Origin: Limisphaerales bacterium | GTDB lineage: Bacteria > Verrucomicrobiota > Verrucomicrobiia > Limisphaerales > JAJOIW01 | Direction: 5' to 3' | NCBI GenBank assembly: GCA_965657355.1 | Contig: CBFHOE010000003.1 | Coordinates: 245,520-309,519 of the forward strand | DNA length: 64,000 bases | Part shown: positions 9,436 to 19,765 of the stretch, in pieces | Numbering within the stretch: position 1 is the first letter of the stretch | Layout of the letters: each line of letters begins with the position of its first letter | Program-made: the position numbers and the translations under genes | The notes under the pieces: model-generated | Databases searched by the model: none | Told to the model about the DNA's origin: nothing | Seen by the model: the letters and a program-made list of their open reading frames with translations, nothing else

Positions 9436-12400
9436 ATGAATAAAAGCAAGATCCAACGACAAAAAGGGTTCAGATTCGGTATATGGCTTTTGGCCATTGT
9501 CCAAATTGTGTGTTCATTTTTCCACGTCGAAGGTTCAGTTGTTATTGAAACTCTAGAATCGCCAGTGCCACATTTTGGAGCTCCTAAAAATGGATTTTCT
9601 GTGGTCCCAGTTACTAATGGTTATGGTATAAATTTTGTTAATAAACTGAGCGAAGAGTCTGCAGCAAAAAATCGGGTTTTGATCAATGGAGCTGGATTAT
9701 CTGTTGGTGATTTTAATAATGATGGTTTGCCCGATATCTTTCTTTGCGGTTTGGATAATGAGAATCGTCTCTATCAAAATCTTGGAAACTGGAAGTTTAA
9801 GGAATGGAAAGGAACTGGTGCCACAAGTTTTGCTCTCAAAGGTATATATTCGCGCGGTTCGGTAATGGCGGACGTCAATGCTGATGGTTGGGTAGATATT
9901 CTGGTGTCCACTGTTGGTCAGGGTGTCCGGCTTTTTGTAAACGACAATGGAGATTCATTTATTGAAAAAACCAATGAATGGAACCTTGCTACGACCCACG
10001 GAAGTTCCTCTTTAGCTTTAGCAGATGTAAATCAAGATGGGTTTCTAGATCTTTATGTTGCTAACAACAGAGCTCAGGATATTCGGGATACTGGTCGGTT
10101 AAAGTTGAGAAAGGTAAATGGAAAAATCGAAATTCCCAGACACCTCAAAGATCGAATCTTCTTTGATAAAGGTATTCTCTACGAAAATGGTGAACCTGAC
10201 CAACTTTATATTAATAACAAGGGACGTGGATTCAATCTCATCCCCTGGGATAAAGGGAATTTTTTGGACGAGCAGGGGAAGCCACTGTCATCTCAGCCCC
10301 AGGACTGGGGCCTTTCAGTCATTGCTTCCGACTTTAATGGAGACGGTTTGATGGACTTTTATGTGTGCAATGATTTTTGGAGTCCAGATCGCTTATGGCT
10401 AAATCTTGGGAATACTAAATTTAAGCTCCTTGATACGAATGCCTGGCGGAACTCTTCCGCTAGTTCGATGGGAATTGATCTTGCTGATCTCAATGGGGAT
10501 GGTTACCAAGAATTTTTTGTTTTAGACATGCTGAGTCGAGATCCCGTTATGCGGAAAATGCAAAAGCATGCCCAATCTCCTCTTATACAGAAGCCAAGCC
10601 CTTTAACAACACGCCCGCAATTTTTACGCAATACACTTTATCGCAATCTGCAAGGGAAACAGTTTCAGGAACTGGCCTATTACTCAGGACTTCAAGCGTC
10701 TGATTGGTCCTGGGCTCCCATCTTTCTCGATATTAATCTAGACGGACTCTCCGATTTAATCATCACTGCTGGTCATGCACATGATGTCCAGGATTACGAT
10801 GCATCCAGAGCCGTTCAAAAACTACAAAAGCCCAGACCCGATTCACTTTCAGGTAATGAAATTAAGAAGCTTTATACTGAAGAGATGATACGGCATAACA
10901 GAATGTATCCTGACTTAGATATGCCCTTTATCTCATTTATGAATAAAGGGCACTTCAAGTTTGTTGAAAAAACCGGAGAGTGGACCGCTTCATCAAAATC
11001 AATACGACATGGAATGGCCAAAGCCGATTTCGATCTCGATGGAGATTTGGATCTGGTTATTTCCTGTCTCAACTCAGAAGTCGAACTGCACGAAAATACC
11101 GGGCAAGGAGAGAGAATCGCTGTCAAACTTCAAAGCAATAAGTATAATAGCAACGCCATAGGGGCCACATTGACACTAGAATGGCCCGGACTTGTAAATC
11201 AGTTCCGGGAGATAAGATCGGGTGGGCCCTATTTATCTGGAAACCAGTCTTTAGTCTGTTTTGCTGCTCCAAATTCCACGAGTGGGAAGACTTTGAAAGG
11301 AGAGTTACTTGTCCGCTGGCCTTCCGGTAAAGTTTCGAAACATAATAATATAGAGCCGGGGAATTTGTACCACATCACCGAAGGTAATCTAGATTACGTA
11401 AGTCCCTCTAAAACTGAAGAAGCTGATTCTTTAATGGAAGATTACAGTGATCTAATATCCAGGCATGTCGTTCCAGAATCTGACTTTAATGATTTTCTAA
11501 ATCAGCCTTTAAAACCATATAGGACGACTCGCAGAGGGCCCGGAATATCATGGGGTGATATTGATGGGGACGGAAACAATGATCTATTTGTAGGGGATAG
11601 TCAGGTTGGTAAGCCTTCAATTTTCTTCAATAAAGGCGGAAAAGGGTTTCGTCAATTTGAAGTTAAAAGGAACAAATTCACAAAAGGCGAACTTGGGGCG
11701 GCTCTGATCATATCTGAACGCAAATCCAATTCTTCTGAGGTTTTGGGTTTGCTGGACCTAAACGAATTGTCAGGGGATGGAAAACTCCTCCAACTAAATT
11801 CAGATGGAAATAATGAATATTCTTTTTCCGATGAAATAGGGGGTGTCTCTTCGGGGTATTTTTCGGCCGTTACTTTCCTGGCAAAATCAAAATCGCTTGG
11901 CTTAGTGACCGGTTCTGGTGAAGGCTCGAAGTTATTCCCAGAATCCACTTCAGCAGCCTTGTATTTGAAGAGGGATAATTTGTGGGAAAAAGAAGATTCC
12001 ATTTCTTCATTGTTACAAAGTCTTGGTTTAGTCAGCAGTGCTATCTGGACTGACATCAATCAAGATGGATTTCAGGATTTGGCTCTGGCATCCCACTGGG
12101 GGAATATCCATGTTCTCATTCAAGACCCAACCAAACCAACACTATTCTTCTCAGATAGATCTTCAGACTACGGAGTAGGCGCTTCCACCAGTGGATTATG
12201 GAATGGTATTGCCAGTGGTGATTTCAATGAAGATGGTTTTCCCGATCTTATCGCCACAAATTGGGGGTTGAATACCGATTATCAGGTTAACCCTAATGAG
12301 CCTCTAACTTTCTTTCATGGGCAAATTTCTCAGCCTGGAGTCATGGATATTATTGAAACGGAATATGACTCAAATGGAGCTAAATTACTTATGCGCCGAC

Positions 12401-13200
12401 ATCTGCCATTTGTGGTCTCATCGCTCCCCTACATTCTTGCCAATGTTCGAACAAGCAAACAATACGCCGAAGCATCGGTAGAAGCACTTCTTGGTAACAG
12501 ATTGAGGCTCGCAAAAAAAACTTCGATTAACCGGCTCGCTACATCAATTTTCCTCAGTAACGAAGGTGAACGATTTGTCGCAAAAGAACTCCCGATGGAT
12601 GCCCAACTTTCCCCCGCATTCGGTATCGGGGTGGCTGATTTTAATGGTGATGGGCATGAAGACATTTTTTTGGCTCAGAATTTTTTTGAAACCAGGATCG
12701 ATCTCGATAGATCTGACGCAGGTCTGGGAGTCATGTTAATCGGGAAAGGGGATGGAAGCTTTGATCCATTGAAACCACACGAATCTGGTATTCTTCTAAA
12801 CGGCCAACAAAGAGCCGTCGCTGTTGCAGATTTCGATTCAGATTTCAGGATGGACCTGGCGGTCTCACAAAGTAATTCCGAGGTTAAATTGTATAGAAAT
12901 TCGAACTCACCGCCAGGATATGCCATTAATTTGGTCGGGACAGACGGAAATGTCTCTGCTCTCGGAACCTCTTACCAAATCATTTTCTCCGATGGAAAAT
13001 TCGGACCATTGCGTGAAATTCACGCAGGGCATGGGGTTCTCTCACAATCGAGTCTCTCTGCCACAATACATCCCCTGAAAGCAGGGGATTTAGAGAGGTG
13101 CTCCATTCGTATCCGATGGCCTGGTGAGAGTAATTGGGTAGTGAAGTCATTCAAATTAAAGGAAAATGACTATCGACATTTCACATTCTCACAAGACTAG
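9436..13200 (+). CDS. FG-GAP/VCBS repeat protein with two ASPIC/UnbV domains (CRTAC1-like)
   Basis: Many GDFNNDGLPD-type repeats; NAIGA...GGPYLS...VRWPSG and ALGT...GHGVLSQS...IRWPG ASPIC motifs; N-terminal hydrophobic segment. Confidence 0.9.
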   Translation: MNKSKIQRQKGFRFGIWLLAIVQIVCSFFHVEGSVVIETLESPVPHFGAPKNGFSVVPVTNGYGINFVNKLSEESAAKNRVLINGAGLSVGDFNNDGLPDIFLCGLDNENRLYQNLGNWKFKEWKGTGATSFALKGIYSRGSVMADVNADGWVDILVSTVGQGVRLFVNDNGDSFIEKTNEWNLATTHGSSSLALADVNQDGFLDLYVANNRAQDIRDTGRLKLRKVNGKIEIPRHLKDRIFFDKGILYENGEPDQLYINNKGRGFNLIPWDKGNFLDEQGKPLSSQPQDWGLSVIASDFNGDGLMDFYVCNDFWSPDRLWLNLGNTKFKLLDTNAWRNSSASSMGIDLADLNGDGYQEFFVLDMLSRDPVMRKMQKHAQSPLIQKPSPLTTRPQFLRNTLYRNLQGKQFQELAYYSGLQASDWSWAPIFLDINLDGLSDLIITAGHAHDVQDYDASRAVQKLQKPRPDSLSGNEIKKLYTEEMIRHNRMYPDLDMPFISFMNKGHFKFVEKTGEWTASSKSIRHGMAKADFDLDGDLDLVISCLNSEVELHENTGQGERIAVKLQSNKYNSNAIGATLTLEWPGLVNQFREIRSGGPYLSGNQSLVCFAAPNSTSGKTLKGELLVRWPSGKVSKHNNIEPGNLYHITEGNLDYVSPSKTEEADSLMEDYSDLISRHVVPESDFNDFLNQPLKPYRTTRRGPGISWGDIDGDGNNDLFVGDSQVGKPSIFFNKGGKGFRQFEVKRNKFTKGELGAALIISERKSNSSEVLGLLDLNELSGDGKLLQLNSDGNNEYSFSDEIGGVSSGYFSAVTFLAKSKSLGLVTGSGEGSKLFPESTSAALYLKRDNLWEKEDSISSLLQSLGLVSSAIWTDINQDGFQDLALASHWGNIHVLIQDPTKPTLFFSDRSSDYGVGASTSGLWNGIASGDFNEDGFPDLIATNWGLNTDYQVNPNEPLTFFHGQISQPGVMDIIETEYDSNGAKLLMRRHLPFVVSSLPYILANVRTSKQYAEASVEALLGNRLRLAKKTSINRLATSIFLSNEGERFVAKELPMDAQLSPAFGIGVADFNGDGHEDIFLAQNFFETRIDLDRSDAGLGVMLIGKGDGSFDPLKPHESGILLNGQQRAVAVADFDSDFRMDLAVSQSNSEVKLYRNSNSPPGYAINLVGTDGNVSALGTSYQIIFSDGKFGPLREIHAGHGVLSQSSLSATIHPLKAGDLERCSIRIRWPGESNWVVKSFKLKENDYRHFTFSQD

Positions 13201-13358
13201 GAAATGCCACTAAAATAAATGCGTCAACCCGATTGAATTGGATTGCCTCGTTATAAGTTTTTTGTAATACTTTTCTTACGTTCAGATTACAATAGATTAA
13301 AAAATTCTCGCCTTCGATCAATTTGGAGGTGTTTATTTTTTATCATTAACTAATAACC

Positions 13359-16300
13359 ATGAAAAAATACATACGAATATTGACCGCATTTGCGGTTATC
13401 GCTTCCATCGCGCAGCGCGTTGATGCTCAAAGCGATATCACCCAGCCCGGTGACTCGATCGTTGCCTCCTCTGATAATTCTCCAGGATCTGAGGGGGTAG
13501 CAAACGTCATCGACAATCAGCCAACGAAGTACCTCAACTTCGACAAGCTAGATACCGGATTCACAGTAAGCCCTTCAATTGGACTCACATTGGTGAGTGG
13601 ATTAAATCTGACTTCAGCTAATGATGCCCCAGAAAGAGATCCAGCATCCTACAGGTTGGAAGGCTCTCTGGATGGAACAAACTTCGATGTTATTTCTGAA
13701 GGTGAGGTTGCTGCTTTTTCAGATCGATTTGAATCTCAGAACGTTGCCTTCGATAATTCAAATTATTACCTTCATTACCGTCTGACTTTCCCAACTGTCG
13801 CAGATGAAGGCGGAGCCAACTCCATGCAGATCTCCGAAGTTGAGATTCTCGGTGTGCAGGGGCCGACAGATGTCACTCAACCAGGAGATGTTTTGATTGC
13901 ATCCTCTGACAATAGTCCGGGTTCAGAAGGTGTCGCTAATGCTATCGACAACCAACCAACGAAGTATCTCAATTTCGACAAAGTAAACACTGGCTTCACT
14001 GTTACTCCAGGTGTTGGTGGAACCATTGTTACTGGATTATCACTTCAGTCAGCCAATGATGCCCCAGAAAGAGATCCAGCATCCTACACTTTAGAAGGTT
14101 CATTTGATGGTAGTTCTTTCTTTGAAATCGCATCAGGTGATATTCCTGCGTTCGATGATCGATTCCAGACAAGATATGTTTTCTTTGAAAATAGCCGTGC
14201 TTTTGCTAGCTACAGGTTGATATTCCCAACCGTTGCGAATGAGGACGGAGCCAACTCCATGCAGATCGCTGAAGTCGAATTCTTGGGCAGAGCTGCTGAA
14301 CTTCCACAGGATGTCACTCAGCCAGGAGACGCCATCATGGCCTCATCGGACAATAGCCCTGGTTCTGAAGGTGTTGCCAATATCATTGATAACCAGCCCA
14401 CCAAATATCTAAACTTCGACAAGTTGGACACTGGCTTCACTGTCACTCCAGGCGTTGGAATCACTTGGGTCACAGGATTGACTATTCAGTCAGCTAATGA
14501 TGCCCCAGAAAGAGACCCTGCAACATACCTCCTTGAAGGTTCAAACGATGGCGGAGTTAACTTCACTGAGATCAGCTCAGGAGATGTTCCTGCTTTTGCA
14601 GAGCGTTTTCAGACCAACACAATTTTGTTTGATAACGGAACACCTTACGTAACTTACAGATTGACGTTCCCAACAGTCGCAGACGAGGCAGGTGCCAACT
14701 CTATGCAGGTTGCTGAGGTTGAACTTCTTGGTGTTTCAGGCCCAGTTGATGTCACTCAGCCAAGTGACACTATCATTGCTTCATCAGACAACAGCCCGGG
14801 TTCTGAAGGCGTTGCTAATTCCATTGATGATCAACCAACGAAGTATCTCAATTTCGATAAGCTGGACACTGGCTTCACTGTCACCCCTCAAATCGGAGAG
14901 ACCACCGTAATAGGTCTTTCACTTCAGTCAGCTAATGATGCCCCAGAAAGAGATCCTGCAACCTACCTCCTTGAAGGTTCAAATGATGGTGGAGTTAGCT
15001 TTACTGAGATCAGTTCAGGAGATGTTCCTGCTTTCACAGATCGCTTCCAGATGCGCTATGTTTTCTTTGCGAACGACAACGCATACGAAACCTACAGGGT
15101 TATCTTCCCTCAGGTCGCTAACGTAGACGGAGCTAACTCAATGCAAATTGCTGAAGTCGAACTTCTCGCCTTCACATCTGGTGGCGCCGACGTTGAAATC
15201 ACCGGCCTTATCAGGCAGCAGCCAACAGATGCCGTTGCCCTCGAAGGCGTCGGAGCTCAACTCGCAGTCGTTCCTGCTGGTCCGTGGAAAGTTCAATGGG
15301 AAGTCAAAGATGCTGAATCCGGAGAATTCTCACCAATAGCAGGCGCAACCAGCCCCGAGTATGTCACGCCAGCACTTAATGCAGACAATTCTGGTGCCGT
15401 CTACAGAGCTAGACTATCTAGCCCTGAGGGTTACGAATTATCTAATGAAGTGACAGCGACTCTCTTTACTCCATCCGACACCCGTTCAATCGCTATTAAC
15501 TGGATGGGAGAGGGAGCTAATGGTGCTCCGACTGAAATGTTCCCTGAGGACGTCACCGGTTTCCATAATCAGGCATACTGGAACAACACCGATCTTTCCA
15601 CTGGTGACTTGTTTGCCATTTGGGATTCCGATCCAGAAGATGGCGAAACACCAGTTGCAGTCGACAGTAACAACGAGGTAGTCGAAGATATTACCATTGA
15701 ATTCCAATCTGCCGGTGAGTGGGGAACAGGTGCTGGTGAAGCAAATGCGACCCAGAGAATGTTGAACGGTCACACAACTCTTCCTCAGAATTCACGACCA
15801 ATCTCACCAACATTGAGAGTTGGTGCTCTACCAAATGGCGAAGAGCACTCCGTAATTCTTTACTTCTTAAACAGACCGCTGGAGTTCTTCGAAGTTAACA
15901 TTGAAGCAACTGTTCTCAACGACAATGGTGAAGAAGTCTCTATTGGTAAGAGATACATTCGCCCTCAGAATGCCGACGAATACAACCCTGCTCCGGGTTG
16001 GATTCTGGTCAGTGCTGAAACTGAAGAAGCGCGAGCAGTTGGCAACATGGTTCGATTCGATGGCATAGATGCCGGCGAATTCAGCGAATTATTCCTATAC
16101 ATCTGGGCTCCAAATGGCGGTAACGTCGGTATGACTGGTATGCAGCTCTTATTGGATACTGTTGCACCTCCACCGGCACCCGGTATCACAGCCCAACCTG
16201 CCTCCTTGAATGGTTTCGTTGGTGGTAGCCGTGTTCTTTCTGTCGAAGTCACAGAAGGTTCTGAAATTCAATGGTATAAGGACGGTCAGCCTATTCCTGG

Positions 16301-17351
16301 TGCAACTGGAGCAGAACTCACGCTTCCAAGCTTGGGCGCTGGTGATGCTGGAGTATATACCGTATCAGCAACTAATGATGGAGGCCGTGTAGTAAGTAAG
16401 CCTGCAGTCGTTGATGTCATCGATGAAAATAATCTTCAGGCTGGCTTGATAAACCACATCAAGTTCGACTCTGAAGGCGGTGACCAAGGGCTAGAGCTAG
16501 TCAATACTGCTGACATAAGTGGTAATGGGGGTATCATTGATGGTGCGCTTGAATTGGACGGTGTTGAAGGATACGCATTCCTTGAGTCTTATGAGCAGCC
16601 TACAGAGAACTTCACATTATCTGTTTGGGCGAAATCTGATATAGGCTTAGATTCCTTCGCATGGGGACCAATCGTGAGAGCATGGTTGCCATCCAGAGCC
16701 ACAGGTGATGAGGGGCAATTCCTTCTCGAAATTCGCGAAGGTTTAGACAGTCAACTCAGCTTGGCTCCTGAAGCCCTCGGTCTTATTGGCGTCGGACCAA
16801 ACGTTCCTTCTGTTGCTTCTGTGCTTTCAGCTGAAGGCGGAGATGACTGGCACCACTACGCATTGAGTGGCAATGGTAAGACTCTTACCCTTTACATTGA
16901 TGGTGTTGCCGCAGGTGCACGAGACTATCTTGGAAATATCAACGAATCATCCTTCGGATGGTTAGCCATAGGTGCAAATCTCGAAGAAACTGATGATGTT
17001 CTAGACCTTAACTTCAACGCCTTACCGTCTGTATGGGAAGGATCCATTGATGACCTAGCTATATTCAGCAGAAGCTTGGACCGTGATGAAATTCAAGCTA
17101 TCGTTGAAGCTGGTTCTGAAGGAATTGCCGTTGATGCCGTTAATTCACCGCTTCCTGATGGATTAGAAATTGAAGTGCCTGAAATCACTGGAGTCTCTGT
17201 CTCAGAAGACGGTCAGTCATTAATCATCGAATATATTGGTGAGCTGTTCTCAGCTCCTAGCCTTGGAGATGATTTCAATGCTGTTGAAGGAGCTTCTTCA
17301 CCATACTCTGTTCCATTCGACGAGGGTGCTAGATTCTTTATTACAAGATAA
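13359..17351 (+). CDS. Large acidic secreted/surface protein: 4x discoidin (F5/8-like) repeats, Ig domains, LamG domain, short C-terminal module
   Basis: Signal peptide; four SANDAPERDP-containing repeats; ITAQP...QWYKDG...AGVYTV Ig domain; WHHYALS...LYIDG...GSIDDLAIFSRSL LamG. Confidence 0.85.
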   Translation: MKKYIRILTAFAVIASIAQRVDAQSDITQPGDSIVASSDNSPGSEGVANVIDNQPTKYLNFDKLDTGFTVSPSIGLTLVSGLNLTSANDAPERDPASYRLEGSLDGTNFDVISEGEVAAFSDRFESQNVAFDNSNYYLHYRLTFPTVADEGGANSMQISEVEILGVQGPTDVTQPGDVLIASSDNSPGSEGVANAIDNQPTKYLNFDKVNTGFTVTPGVGGTIVTGLSLQSANDAPERDPASYTLEGSFDGSSFFEIASGDIPAFDDRFQTRYVFFENSRAFASYRLIFPTVANEDGANSMQIAEVEFLGRAAELPQDVTQPGDAIMASSDNSPGSEGVANIIDNQPTKYLNFDKLDTGFTVTPGVGITWVTGLTIQSANDAPERDPATYLLEGSNDGGVNFTEISSGDVPAFAERFQTNTILFDNGTPYVTYRLTFPTVADEAGANSMQVAEVELLGVSGPVDVTQPSDTIIASSDNSPGSEGVANSIDDQPTKYLNFDKLDTGFTVTPQIGETTVIGLSLQSANDAPERDPATYLLEGSNDGGVSFTEISSGDVPAFTDRFQMRYVFFANDNAYETYRVIFPQVANVDGANSMQIAEVELLAFTSGGADVEITGLIRQQPTDAVALEGVGAQLAVVPAGPWKVQWEVKDAESGEFSPIAGATSPEYVTPALNADNSGAVYRARLSSPEGYELSNEVTATLFTPSDTRSIAINWMGEGANGAPTEMFPEDVTGFHNQAYWNNTDLSTGDLFAIWDSDPEDGETPVAVDSNNEVVEDITIEFQSAGEWGTGAGEANATQRMLNGHTTLPQNSRPISPTLRVGALPNGEEHSVILYFLNRPLEFFEVNIEATVLNDNGEEVSIGKRYIRPQNADEYNPAPGWILVSAETEEARAVGNMVRFDGIDAGEFSELFLYIWAPNGGNVGMTGMQLLLDTVAPPPAPGITAQPASLNGFVGGSRVLSVEVTEGSEIQWYKDGQPIPGATGAELTLPSLGAGDAGVYTVSATNDGGRVVSKPAVVDVIDENNLQAGLINHIKFDSEGGDQGLELVNTADISGNGGIIDGALELDGVEGYAFLESYEQPTENFTLSVWAKSDIGLDSFAWGPIVRAWLPSRATGDEGQFLLEIREGLDSQLSLAPEALGLIGVGPNVPSVASVLSAEGGDDWHHYALSGNGKTLTLYIDGVAAGARDYLGNINESSFGWLAIGANLEETDDVLDLNFNALPSVWEGSIDDLAIFSRSLDRDEIQAIVEAGSEGIAVDAVNSPLPDGLEIEVPEITGVSVSEDGQSLIIEYIGELFSAPSLGDDFNAVEGASSPYSVPFDEGARFFITR
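13434..15170 (+). repeat. Four intragenic tandem domain repeats of ~145-147 codons
   Basis: Units start at D(I/V)TQP: 13434, 13869, 14310, 14748; near-identical DNA such as AATGATGCCCCAGAAAGAGA in all four. Confidence 0.95.
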
Positions 17352-17380
17352 TCGCATCTCATAGACGTTACATTTATTCG

Positions 17381-17411
17381 AGCCTACCGCTTATTGCGGT
17401 AGGCTTTTTTC
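17381..17411 (+). terminator. Rho-independent terminator
   Basis: AGCCTACCGC-ttatt-GCGGTAGGCT followed by a T run, 30 nt after the stop. Confidence 0.9.
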
Positions 17412-17512
17412 ATTTCTCTATGAGGAAATTGAGACGGATTGTGTGCGTAACAGCACTCTTGAGAAAACCAAATGTTGTTCCCTCATTCACGACTCGGTAA
17501 CAGAATTCACAA

Positions 17513-19756
17513 TTACATAGCCTGAGTTATAGAATTATATAATTGCCTAAGCCGTGGGATATTGAAACCTTCGGGCATTCGGTCTAAAAGGAATTCTAAA
17601 TCCAAACGAGCAGAAGAAAAATCGCGCGCTTGGATATATTCAAAAGCTCTTTGGAAGCGTGTCTGGTAATCCATTGGCTCCAAGGTCACGAGTAAATCCA
17701 AATATTTTAAATTTTTAGGATTATCTGAAAAGCTCACTAAATTTCGAATCATTCGGATAAAGATATCTTTTGAGCTATATCCTTTATAGTTCATGACCTG
17801 TTTGCTTGAGGACGTGTCGCCAAAAATCAATTCCGCCACCTCTTCTGCGGGGAGGATTCTCCCATTATCAAAAGCGTCTATCCATGCTATGGAGTCGCCA
17901 TCTCTTTCCCAAGCAATCATGAAATGCCCCGGGAAAGCGGCGCCAGATAATCCATCAATAAATAATCTTTGTCCAAGCTCAATAAACAAAACAGAAAGAG
18001 AAATGGGTAATCCCTCCCTATCATCCAAAACTTTACTCAGGTAACTATTGGCGGTATTGCTATAATCACTTCGACTTCCTCGGAAACCATTCTTCTCAAA
18101 TAGGTAATCGATGAGTGTGTTCAGTCGTTGTTCTTGGTCTGCGAAGTCAGGAAGACTAATGAGAATCTCTTCAGCCATTTCATCTAACATCTCGGTATAA
18201 GTTTGTATTTCCAAATCTGGATTCTCATATTTTCCCAAAAGCAAAGCCGCTTTCACAACGCTCTTATCAAAAGATTTCTTTTTTGTTTCAGCCACAATTT
18301 GTTGTAGGACAGAATTGTGGTGAAGTTTCTTTGTCAATGATTCCAAAGCAGACGCTTGCTTTCTTAATTTTTCTAATTCGCTTTTAAGAACAACAGCGGT
18401 TGTCGATGGGTTTTTTTTCACAAGTTCAGAATCCAAAAAATCTTCCTCCCACCCTTTCTCATTCTTTTCCAACGACTTAACAATCTTTTCCCTGAATCGC
18501 TCAGTAGGAAACATCGATGATTCCAGTATACCGAAATTAGTGAACTCCGCGTGTGTCTGGCGAAATTTTGCCAAACCACTAAATCCTTTGACTGGATTTC
18601 GAGTCATATGTTCCACTATTCTTTCACCATTAAGAAACCCTTCAATTTTATCCTGACTGACAAGCACTTTAACATCATTCCATTCACCGAGGTTGTATTT
18701 TGCGGCTGATATTTGTGCAACAATGTCCCACGAAAAAACATCAGGGCCTTTGAAATGAGTTAATCTGATATTTCCTGCTGAAGGATAGAATCCCCAGTGC
18801 TCGCCAGTATCGGAAAAACCAAATACAAGTCCTGCAGCTCCTGACTCGTCGTCAAGTAACACCTTGGCCCTGACTTCGTATGGAAATTTATCGAGAGGTA
18901 GTTGCCTGATGAGTAGAGACCTTCCCCCAAAACTATTTCCTACTCCAGTGACTTTGATACTGCCATGACGTGTTTTCCATGAAGCTCCGAATATATTTTT
19001 CCATAAACGTGGGTTCGGTTCACCCAAACGAACCCAGTTCTTAATCGAAACTGGGTTCGGATTTTCAAGTAATTCACGTACATGCTTTATACTCACAGCG
19101 AAACCAAGATTGTCCGTAACTAGTGATTTTAGAGTGATGACACCATGAACCCGTCCCTGACGATCCACCAATGGCCCTCCGCTATTTCCAGGCTCTATTG
19201 GCATAGCCAATTGATACATTTCAGTTTTATCAAATGTCCGGATTTCACTTACAACCCCCTCAACAACGCTATTTTCTAATCCTTGAGGATTTCCAATTGC
19301 GATAACCGATTGACCTTTCTTGAGCGGTTCGGATCTGCCCCCTAAAATCAATGGTTCGAATGAATTCTCAACTCCCTCAACTTTCAAAATAGCAATATCA
19401 TGGAGCCTGCTCCATGCATGAACTCCGGCTACCTTTATGTTTGGGTTATCTTTAGTTGATACTGTGACAGGGCGTCCTTCGCCGATCACATGTAGGTTTG
19501 TGACAACCAGATTCTTGCTGCTAATGAAGAAACCACTTCCTATACCACTTTCCTCGCCTCGCCGGTCGATCTGTTTAATCGTTACGATTGCATCCTGTGC
19601 GTTTTTTGACAGCTCCGTTGTCGAAGTATCTTGAGTGTAGGAGCTGAGACAAAAAGAGCAGCCTGCAATAAATAAAAAATTTCTAAGCCACGGTTGCCAC
19701 AAATTTGTTTCGTACATTCCTTTATTCTGAGGCAATTCGGATAACTTTCCACACAA
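17513..19756 (-). CDS. Trypsin-like serine protease fused to beta-sandwich (DUF1080-like), SirB1/transglutaminase-like and TPR domains
   Basis: Triad motifs TNLHVI, HDIAIL, GNSGGP; SirB1-type SYLSKVLDDREGLPISLSVLF...FPGHF...IDAF; true start probably downstream of 19756. Confidence 0.85.
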   Translation of the reverse strand: MCGKLSELPQNKGMYETNLWQPWLRNFLFIAGCSFCLSSYTQDTSTTELSKNAQDAIVTIKQIDRRGEESGIGSGFFISSKNLVVTNLHVIGEGRPVTVSTKDNPNIKVAGVHAWSRLHDIAILKVEGVENSFEPLILGGRSEPLKKGQSVIAIGNPQGLENSVVEGVVSEIRTFDKTEMYQLAMPIEPGNSGGPLVDRQGRVHGVITLKSLVTDNLGFAVSIKHVRELLENPNPVSIKNWVRLGEPNPRLWKNIFGASWKTRHGSIKVTGVGNSFGGRSLLIRQLPLDKFPYEVRAKVLLDDESGAAGLVFGFSDTGEHWGFYPSAGNIRLTHFKGPDVFSWDIVAQISAAKYNLGEWNDVKVLVSQDKIEGFLNGERIVEHMTRNPVKGFSGLAKFRQTHAEFTNFGILESSMFPTERFREKIVKSLEKNEKGWEEDFLDSELVKKNPSTTAVVLKSELEKLRKQASALESLTKKLHHNSVLQQIVAETKKKSFDKSVVKAALLLGKYENPDLEIQTYTEMLDEMAEEILISLPDFADQEQRLNTLIDYLFEKNGFRGSRSDYSNTANSYLSKVLDDREGLPISLSVLFIELGQRLFIDGLSGAAFPGHFMIAWERDGDSIAWIDAFDNGRILPAEEVAELIFGDTSSSKQVMNYKGYSSKDIFIRMIRNLVSFSDNPKNLKYLDLLVTLEPMDYQTRFQRAFEYIQARDFSSARLDLEFLLDRMPEGFNIPRLRQLYNSITQAM

Positions 19757-19765
19757 AATAAAAAA

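Noticed and set aside
13434..15170. Regularly spaced near-identical DNA repeats as a CRISPR array or DGR template
   Set aside because: Period is ~440 bp, in frame within one CDS; no spacers, cas genes or reverse transcriptase in the window
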